The notes beneath the pieces were generated by a model, which saw only the letters and a program-made list of their open reading frames with translations, made no database searches and was not told the origin of the DNA. Shown here piece after piece: positions 53,676 to 64,000 of a stretch of DNA of 64,000 bases. This stretch comes from Eledone cirrhosa. Its lineage: Eukaryota. Location of the stretch: the NCBI GenBank assembly GCA_964016885.1, contig OZ024745.1, forward strand, positions 124,558,001-124,622,000, given 5' to 3'. Both the position numbers and the translations under genes were made by a program. Position 1 is the first letter of the stretch. Each line of letters begins with the position of its first letter.

Positions 53676-55036
53676 TATTATTTCTGGACATGTTCAAAGG
53701 CAGATTTTCATTTCGCACTTTACGTTTGTCACTGCATGGGATATCATTGCCGAACGTGTTAATGGTAAAAGGTTTTTATATAAATATGACAATACTATTC
53801 TGGTAGATATGGTGGTGAACCACATGGACCATAATGCTTATACCCTTGTCAATTTATGAGTGATGAGTTTTTCTGTTATTAGTAGAGTGTAATTCTTGTT
53901 TTCCTAATATCAATTTTTCCTTCGGCTGATTTCATTAATCTAACTGAAAACAGCATTTGATTGTTCATTCTTGAGATAAATTAATTTATAGCCTAGTTGG
54001 ATTTATCATAATCTTTCAGTAAAGTTGTTAATCTAAAGCAAAAATAATTGTATCAACTCACTCCTGTGAGTCTTTTAAAACTATACAATTCCTGAAATAT
54101 GTCATGCCTTACATAACCAACAATTACGGAAAACGTGATGTTTTAAAATTTTAGGAATCTTAGGGATTTCTTAATTTTTCTCCCTACTATTTTTTAAAAA
54201 CTACGTTTCCATTTAATGCACAATTTGCAATCATATATATTTACAAAATCATTTATGTGAATCACCTATATCATCACATTGACCCATTCAATTCTATATG
54301 CATACATAACTATATTTTTGTGAAAACATATTAATTTATCCTTTCACAGGAGACATGGCATTGACTAAAGGTTTAACATTTATTTCAAAACAACACTTTA
54401 AAAAATGATACGTAAAATTAAATGTTTACATCCACTCTATCCCAGTGAATGGCCGCTTCTTTCTCAAACCCATTTAATCTTTCATCCACTATTTGTATAC
54501 GATCTCTCGCCCACTAATTACAAACATGTAAACATCTGCATGCATACTTAAAATATCTCAACAAAATATACGAATTCTATAAGAAATATTATTCTATAGA
54601 GTGTGTAACGGATCTCTTCAGCATTCAAGTAATATAAATCTAATATAATCTCTGATGTTAAGAATCCAGAATGGATCAGCTACAACTCTACACACACAAA
54701 AACATTAAACAAAAACAATTTCTTCCCGAAATGTTTTAGTCCCGAATCTGACGGAAGTTATTGCATGAATTTAATTGAGGAATAATTTTAGAATACAAAA
54801 AAACATGTTGCTTCAAATACTTACCAACTCCCTGAAATTTCATGATTAGTCGAACAGTTGAACCATGTATCATGGGATATGTGATATACATGATTTTCAG
54901 CATAAAGTTTCTAAGTAAAAGGATACACTTTGTTATTTTATCCTGAATGAAGAAACAAAATAAAAACGTTTTTGTACTTAATATGATATAATTTAATAAC
55001 TACAAATCTGGTTAGTAATATTACACACACGATGAA

Positions 55037-55243
55037 GGCAGTAGATTGGCAGAATTTGTGGTACATCGGACACCATGCTTTGCGGCATAGAGTTACGTCT
55101 CTTTACGGTCTTAGTTCAAATCCCGACTTTCATCCTTACGGGGTCGATAGAATAAAATAGCAGTAATGCACTAAGGTCGATGTAATCCACTCCCCCAACC
55201 CCCACAAAAAACATGGCTAGCCTTGTGCCTATAGTAGAAATCA
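55037..55243 (+). mobile_element. tRNA-derived SINE (diverged, longer tail)
   Basis: Family match; aatattacaca on both flanks. Confidence 0.75.
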
Positions 55244-56110
55244 ATATTACACAAAAATACAATATTTATATTTTAAATTTAAAGTCTGGAACATTCTCTC
55301 TTTACCCGAGAAACTGTCTAATGTTAGAATAGTTTGTTAAGAACTAAGAAAATATAAGTACAATCAAAATGTAAAACTCCTTTTTGGAAAGAATGGAACG
55401 TATTTTATCCATTTTACAAATGTGTTAATATAATGATTAAGATTCTACTGCCAGATGCTGCTTAGATGATACTGTAATTCTTCAACCACCATAGAGAACA
55501 CGATTGTAAGATCAGAATAAGGGAATACTGTTTTCATTGGCCTTCTCATTACTGAAACAAAGCATCCCATCTCATTCTTTAATGACTCCGCGAATCCACC
55601 ACCCCTAATTTGATATTTTGTTTATGAACTATGAATGGAGGTTCGACAAAGTAAACCACGGTAAGATCTGAACTTAGCACAGTTAACCATATAGAATCTA
55701 TTGATATATTTAATTCAATGCCCTAAGTAATTTGCTAATTCAACTATTAATTAAAAAAAAATATTTCAACAACTTTCGTTACTCAGTAACAATCAGCTTA
55801 TTACTCATTTACCAGTAGCATTTACCTTTTATGTTTTTAAATAATTTTGCATTCATCTAAATTAGTGTGGTAATTTAAACTCATCAAGTTTTTCATAATA
55901 CTGATAAAAGAAATTACGTTATGTTATTGAGTATATACAATTAATTCACTATGAATAAGTTTCTGTTATTTTGACGAATATAAAGAGTCGCCAAACAAAC
56001 TCATACGCTAAACACCATTCACAAAGATGCATGCACATACACACACAATAAGATTACTCACATAAATGCATTTATAAATGCATACTTGCATTCTCGTCTA
56101 GACGAGCTTT

Positions 56111-56610
<500 letters not shown>

Positions 56611-56612
56611 AC

Positions 56613-56658
<46 letters not shown>

Positions 56659-56949
56659 TGTGCACAGGTTAAACATTTGAATATATGGATATACATTAAA
56701 CTTGTAACATATGTGAAAGTCTACGTATGTATGTATTGTATTTTAATTTATATGTGAAAAATTTTAAGTGCTTGTGTATACATCTTTTCATGCAAATGTA
56801 AGTTTACAATGCACTGTAGTTCACCAGTGTGTTTCGTGATATACAATTTTAATCGTTCATTATCAATATTACATTTTATCACATAATCAACAAAATAGAT
56901 AAATTAGAATGTAAACAACATAAATTGGAATATGATTAAGCAAATAAAA

Positions 56950-57081
56950 TATTTGCATTTATGCCTGAATCCAAATATACACTCATAGAAACACATGGTA
57001 TAAGCATATTGGTATTTGCATTTATGCCTGAATCCAAATATACACTCATAGAAACACACGGTATATGCATATTGGTATTTG
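56950..57081. repeat. 63 bp tandem duplication
   Basis: tatttgcatttatgcctgaatccaaatatacactcatagaaacac at 56950 and 57013. Confidence 0.9.
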
Positions 57082-57665
57082 TTTAACACAGTGTACGTCA
57101 CTAGATGTGCTTTTACACTGAAATGAAATATGAAAATAAAGACAGATGAATGATTTAAGAATAATCCTTCAATAACCTTTATCCCAATCAAAAATAGAAA
57201 GATTCATTTATCAATAAAAATCACTAAAATTGAGGAAAGCTTTTGTCAATATATCACCAGAGGTTAGATTGCTGACTTCGATTTGCTGTCAAATTCAAGT
57301 TTAATCACATAATTTTGAATACTGCAGATTTCATGTTATTTCATAATTTATGAAAATAGATATTTGTCAATTCTTTTAATATAGCAACAGATTTTCGTAT
57401 AAATTATGTAGAGATTTTTCTCAGCTCTATTTTAAATAATTATGAATGACGTTTTTTGTACATAATCAGGTATAGACTCTATTTAAAATATTCGGGCACG
57501 TTTCTGGTCATGCGTTTTGCCATTTTGCCATTTTCGTTAATCTTACACTTTTTAGTTTCGTTGTCTTACTTTATCTGATTATCAGTCTTGCTGATCTCTT
57601 CTTTTGTGATTGTTACTATACAGGAGCATATGTGTCTGACACATAAAGGAAAATAAAACACTAAA

Positions 57666-57770
57666 GACCCCGTAAGGATGAAAGGCGGGATTTGAACTCA
57701 GAATGGCAAGGGCCGTAACTCTATGCGTCAAAGCATGACATCCGACACTCTACCAATACTGCCAAGCCAC
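57666..57770 (-). mobile_element. SINE 5' fragment (further partial copies at 62781-62857 - and 63957-64000 +)
   Basis: Family match. Confidence 0.75.
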
Positions 57771-58589
57771 AGATATATGATATTTGTTTATTGAAAAAAA
57801 CCCAACAAAGATTTAATATAATAGGTCTGTTTGGGAACAGGTTTTGAATTGACCAATAGAAAGGTAGTAAGTGGTAGTAATAGAAATTTAATTTAGGGGT
57901 AGAGGAAAGCAGACTTCAGTTTTGAATGGAAAGAGTATTTTGAATGAAAAGATTACTTTGGGGATGAAAATAGGTCAAGCCGGTGAAAGGTACACGAAAA
58001 TGTGATGTTATAAAAGAATAATGCTAATGTTAAAATCTAAGGAGAATAAAATTTTACGATTAATGTGTTAGTGAAAAATATCAATCTTATTTAAAACATA
58101 AGGAATTTACATCTATAAAAAGAAAATAAATTAATTTAATTGATAGGTATATTTATATTGATACATTTATATTAATTCATATAGATATGATAAATAAGAG
58201 TTAGATGTAATTAAAGAATGCTGTTAAAAACGAAGGGAAAAAACAAAAAAATAATAATAATAATAATAATTGGGGAGGGGGATAAATGTATTAGTGAGAA
58301 ATAACAAATTTATATAGATTACAAGGAATATAGATTCATAACCTGAAATTAAAATAGTGTCTATATGTATAGTTATTGGTATAAATTTTACGAAAAGATA
58401 GCTGTAAAAGGGAAATAAAATTATGCAGTTCATTAGTAGTAGAATATTAATTATAGGTTAACTAATTTAAAAAAAAAAAAATTTTATTATAATAATTTGT
58501 AAAGTGTATATTAATTAGGTTTATAATATTTAAAAGTTCTTCTAATTTTATGATTACATGATATAATTAATTCTTGTCGCTTATTTAAT

Positions 58590-60115
58590 AGGTACGCTAC
58601 ACAAATACCATAAAATCTTTAATAGAAAAACTATAACAATTTCCAACTCTACTGCAGCCAGTTTAGAATCGCACATACGTAACATTAACGCCAAAAATAT
58701 GTCGAGAGAAATTAACCTACCGACATGCACCATAGCACCAAATACAAAATACAAACACATAACATCACAACCACAAACGCATCAGAACTCATCACAACAA
58801 AACATTAATAGGCCTAAATCACAACCCACCCACAACAACTTACAAAACCGCAACGATGAACTTGCACACAGTAAAACCTCAAATTGTAATTACCACCTAC
58901 CAGATAAGTGCTAAGTGCCCACTACGGAATAGATGCCTGGATTCGAGTATGGTATACCTGTGTACTGTAAATTCAGGCAACTCTACTTGGCACTACATAG
59001 GTTCCACGGCTGGGGAGTTCAAGAAAAAGTGGTACGTCCACAGACACTCCATGAAGAACCGTGGGCTGGAGAACTCTACGATGTTCGCCAATAAAATCTG
59101 GCAGCGTAAGGACAAAAGCCTAGTTGGTCAAAATTATCGGTAGCAAAAGCCTACAGCAACGGAATGTCCCACTGCGGGCTTTGTAATTTAGAACTACAAC
59201 ATATTTTAAGGTACGACGGGATGCTGCTTAACAGCAAAATAGAAAGATCAATTCTCTGTAGGCATAAAATAGCTACTAGATTCACAAACTTGAAACCACC
59301 ATGATTTGAACCAGCAATCCCAAAATTAGAACTGAACCACCTAGATTTTAACATATAGAATACACACCATCACACTGCTATTAGCTGTCAAACGGTCAAC
59401 TGGTCACTGGATCATAAGTATCTGAACATTTCTTTCACCATCTCTCCCTGAAACAACAACAACCCCATTAAGATAGAACAATCAGCAAAACATTTACAAC
59501 AAGTATTTATCAAACGTCCCGTCATCCCTAGCCCATAAATCTCATACATGTATCCACCAATTAATCTCTAATTTATTGTTTTTTTTTTATTTTATCTGTC
59601 ACTGGATCGGACCCTCATACGTGTACATACACGTATCTATGTACATCTTGAATCTGGTTTCCCATGTTAGCACTAAACCCACCAACGAATCCTTATAAGA
59701 ACACTTACTCAAAAACTACTACAAACATACTATGTACTTACATGCTCTCACTTATTTATTTATTTATATTTTTCATTTTCTCATTTTCTTATTTTTTAAT
59801 GTACCCTATCTTATCTTTTACTTTTTACTTTTTACATCTGTAACTTCTCTACCCATTTACTATATACGTTTTATTATTGATGTTATTGTTTTGATTATAC
59901 GCTATTTTTTTTATATAAGTCTTGCCTCTAGTGAATTATTTTCCTATCTACGAACTCTGATGTGTTGACCAGAGATAAGTAATGTATTGGAGATCGAGTG
60001 ACGCAACGTCAAGAGATTAGCGACCTCTAGACCCACCTGATCAACGAAACAATTGTCAGTACTTTAAATAAAGCCCCTTATTGTACAGCCAACCATGTTA
60101 TTCTTCATTCGTTAA
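58590..60115 (+). mobile_element. Second Penelope-like element 3' end (GIY-YIG) with long 3' region ending in (TA)n
   Basis: HKYHKIFNRKTITISNS, CPLRNRCL..SMVYLCTV..YIGSTAGEFKKKWYVH, CGLCNLE..LLNSKIE..CRH; frameshifted. Confidence 0.85.
59954..60060 (+). ncRNA. Type I hammerhead with long stem-loop II at the PLE 3' end (A9 mutated)
   Basis: act-CTGATGt-gttgaccag...ctgatcaac-GAAA-caattg-TC-agt: 9-bp stem II with one mismatch, palindromic ACAATTGT, GUC triplet. Confidence 0.7.
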
Positions 60116-60389
60116 CTATATATATATATATATATATATAATATTTATATATTAGCTGTACTGCTAAACATAGCGTGATTCATAAAAGAGAGACATTCTA
60201 AATCTGCATTTTGTTTCTATGACTAGACGCCAATTCTAATACCAACCTTACACCTTTCATATGAAACACTTTATATTAGTATTAGTACTAATTAATCGAA
60301 GCTTGACAATGGATATCGTAAGCAGAATTTTTATACACCAAAAATATATAAAATATAGTGACCTAGCAGAGGTACCCACGCGTATATGT

Positions 60390-60520
60390 GTGTCCTGGGC
60401 TCAATCACGGGTAACCACAGTAAGTAAGGTACTCAATACACAGTAGAGTATAAATATTCAATATAGAAATGATTTCTACATGACTAAAACTGTTTCATTC
60501 GAAGGAAATCATCAGGAAAG
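60390..60520 (-). mobile_element. Family H fragment (relatives at 13313-13420 and 34225-34325)
   Basis: Minus strand CTGATGA-tttccttcgaat-GAAACagttttagtc...agaaatcatttctatatt; the downstream part matches 34235-34325. Confidence 0.6.
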
Positions 60521-60521
60521 A

Positions 60522-60699
<178 letters not shown>

Positions 60700-60745
60700 T
60701 TATATATATAATTCATTATAAACACACCAATTATCATACATATAC

Positions 60746-60952
60746 ATATATGTGTTCAAATCGTAAGGGGCCATAGTTAGTTTTCTATTCACCCTAGCGA
60801 ATCTGGCCCCTTATGATTTGAACACATATATGTTTGTGTTTATCTCCCATTCTTATATTGAATTATATTACACGGCCCGGAAAACAGTTTTTCCTTGAGC
60901 TATTTGATTGTAAGAGACTATTTTGAGTTTCTAACTCAATATATACTTTTGA
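60746..60952. mobile_element. Family F element with terminal fold-back
   Basis: catatatgtgttcaaatcgtaaggggg ... ccccttatgatttgaacacatatatg is inverted, then the family F tail runs into (TA)n. Confidence 0.75.
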
Positions 60953-61042
60953 TATATATATATTTTTTCATTGCCTTCATCATTATTATTACTTTTATCA
61001 CTATTTGTACAAATATGCAACTTAACATTATTCGGCATATCC

Positions 61043-61080
61043 GCAATTGACAATGCACTTAATGCTGAAACCGGTATTGT
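61043..61080 (+). ncRNA. Minimal hammerhead motif, U3-A8 variant
   Basis: gcaa-TTGACAA-t-gca-cttaa-tgc-t-GAAA-ccgg-TA-ttgt; stem II is weak. Confidence 0.5.
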
Positions 61081-61163
61081 AAATGAATTAATGTTTGATA
61101 TCGCACTGAAAAAAATCTCTTCAAGAATCTTTTTCTTTTCTACTATTTGTTTATATATATATT

Positions 61164-61271
<108 letters not shown>

Positions 61272-63287
61272 GTTTGTATGTGCGTGTGTGTGTATGTATG
61301 TTTCATGCGCGCAGGATATCATGATGTGAGGAATATATTTATATATATATAATTTAGAAGGAAAATATGAAATTAGTAATTGATCAAAATTTACGTCAGC
61401 TATCACACTGATATTTGACATTTTAGAAATGAATCTCCAAAACAAAGCGAGAAAAAATTTGATGAGACAGAAAAGATAGAAAAACACAGATATGAGATGA
61501 ATTGAATATATTTCATAGTGAATTATTTATTATCATTTAAATTAGATTTCATATTTCAAATTTAAATAGCTAAATTGTTCGGGAAAAATATATTTCGTTT
61601 ATAACAATTCAGTCTTCATTTCGATCAGTTGCACAGTGATATAATGTTATTTAGATAGTACAATTAGAATTGTGTATGTTGAAAAAATTATAGTGTTTTT
61701 TTATGTCCTATTATTAAAGTTACAGAAGTATTGTTGTGATTCATATACTATTATAGTATATGACAGATATAATGTCTAATATAAAATAGTGTAGAACAAT
61801 CTATTATTTTAATATCAAAGGAGGTGTGTTCATTTTTTTTTAGATTTCAATTTATTTTTCAATATTTAATTTTCTCTATATATATCTACGAACCTGACGA
61901 ATGTCTGTCTTTCATTCTTGAAGGATAGAAAAACATATATTGGAATATTGAATGGTTTAATCACGTTTGACATTTCCATTCGAAAGGATTCAAATATCTT
62001 AAATCTGCCTTAGCTAGGTATTTTATAAAGGGTAGTTAAGTTTAGCGATCCAACTTTATTTCGCTTGACATCTTATGTTTAGTTCGCGAATGAGTCAGTA
62101 TTGATATTGTTGGCTCTCTTTGTTTTTGGTGCTGTTGTTATTGTTTAAACGCATGGTAACTTTGTTCGAATAGTCATATGATGCTAGATATCCTACTCGT
62201 GACCGTCCTATTTTAAACAAAATTATGCAACATTTCTAGTTTTATTCAGTATGAATAGGTTTACAATGAATTAGAAAATAACGTACAGATAGAGTGGGGC
62301 AATGTCGAGTTATTCTTTTGTTAGTGTAGGTCAGTATTTGTTGTGTGGTCTTTCCTTTGAAATCATGGTTATCTATAAATTGAAAACGGCTAGATATAAA
62401 TCTGCAATGATCAAGAATGAATTAAATAGCAGATTGTGATAACAACACTTCTCTTAAGGACATTATTCGTAACAAAGAAGTATAATGGTGATTTGAGATT
62501 GAAAGCAATGAGTTGGATACATGTTTCTTATGAAATCACATACGGTTGCATACAGTTTATTACTACAGGAAACAGAGCTGGTTCTGACAGTAGATCCCTG
62601 AATTAATATCTTTACAGTATTAAGTAAAACCAAATTATTGTTTGTGGCTTCAAATTCACCAGTGTCGATAACAAAATAATCAATAATATATGGCTATAAT
62701 ATGTTGCAATAAATAAAGTACAGCTTCAATAATACTGGTCTATATATTTGGAAGTATGCGTCCATTCTGTCAAGATAATAATTGTTTCTACTTGTGGCAC
62801 AAGGCCAGCAATTATCTCAGTGCATTACTGGTACTTTATTTTATCGACCCCGTAAGGAATAATGATTATTTTAAAGTATTGATAACAAACTACGTGCATT
62901 ATAGTAAACGCTTAAATGTAAATAACAATTGTAAAATAATATAGTTACAAAGGACATAAGAGATAATTCTAGCATATACTTTAAAAGGCATACCTTTGTT
63001 CTTAAACTGCTGCACGTTGACGATAACAGACAAGAAATATGGAGGTGAGGAATTCCAAATTAATTAGGTTTGGGGGAGGAGGGAATGGTGTTAGTAGTTA
63101 AGAGTGCTTAGAGATTAGTCAGAACATAAGTGATGACAAGATGAGAGGCAACTGGTTTGACAGTGCTTGAGTGTATGTGGTACGAGGGAAGTCTCTTCTA
63201 ATGAGCAGAGACCTTTCTAGTAGCAGTAGAAATGGCAGAACGTGTTTGGGTGTGTGTGGTGTATGTGAGTGTGGGTGTGTGGGTGTT

Positions 63288-63395
<108 letters not shown>

Positions 63396-63571
63396 TGTGT
63401 GTGTGTGTCTGTGCGAGATAGAGAGAGAGAGTATACAGAAAACAAACAAAAGCTGAGGAGGAGGGGAGTTTAGCAGCTTCGGTTCAGTAATGCCGTTATC
63501 TGTGATGACTCGTTCATCCATTTCCTAGCATGGAAAACGGACGTTAAATCATGACGATAATTATGCACACC

Positions 63572-63649
<78 letters not shown>

Positions 63650-64000
63650 ATCCATAAGATAACCTCTTTGATCTTTGCAAAACCTTTTACAATGCATGTA
63701 GAAATTATAATATATTTGAATGAAATCGGGGATATAACCCCTTGAGTTGGAAAATACTGAACAAAGTTTCCAGCGGGAATTGATTCACACATATGGCATA
63801 TGCCGGAGGTCGTGGTACCAGTTTGTACACTTTATTCTGTTTACTATCTGTTTCTCAATATGCGTTAGATTAGCGTTTGCAAAAAAGCAAAACTTTCTCT
63901 TAAATTTCAATCTTACAACACGCTTCTTAAAGCCTTCTGTTATATACTCGCACAGAGGCGGTGTATTGGCAGTATCGGTAAATATTTATGATCTGAGTTC

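Noticed and set aside
61890-61940. CTGACGA followed by a hairpin
   Set aside because: No correctly placed GAAA-stem III-UH; insufficient support.
61950-63240. Possible degraded PLE and CR1/L2 fragments on the minus strand
   Set aside because: Only faint motif resemblance (e.g. IWNSSP...NVQQFK); too decayed to call by eye.

Overview
AT-rich animal (eukaryotic) DNA. The SINE families and the extreme (TA)n/(CA)n load suggest a cephalopod, probably Octopus, but this is an inference. I can support no host protein-coding exon, rRNA, tRNA gene or CRISPR array, and most ORF-track entries are microsatellite translations. The window is a transposon graveyard: a near full-length Tx1/L1-clade LINE (13424-19410, -), a 5'-truncated R4/Dong LINE in (TAA)n, RTE fragments, two Penelope-like element (PLE) GIY-YIG 3' ends, Helitrons, hAT and Tc1/mariner-type remnants, MITEs and about 14 copies of one tRNA-derived SINE. 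The main signal is a swarm of short non-coding elements from several unrelated families, nearly all abutting (TA)n. Many are fold-back (inverted) duplicates carrying minimal type I hammerhead-ribozyme (HHR) motifs, some with a U3-A8 core variant or a long stem II. One family is demonstrably the 3' end of a GIY-YIG PLE in the same window, and in several families the inversion breakpoint falls in HHR stem-loop II. A second signal is a 3' tail shared between the dominant SINE and the Tx1-clade LINE. All motif calls were made by eye and element boundaries are approximate.
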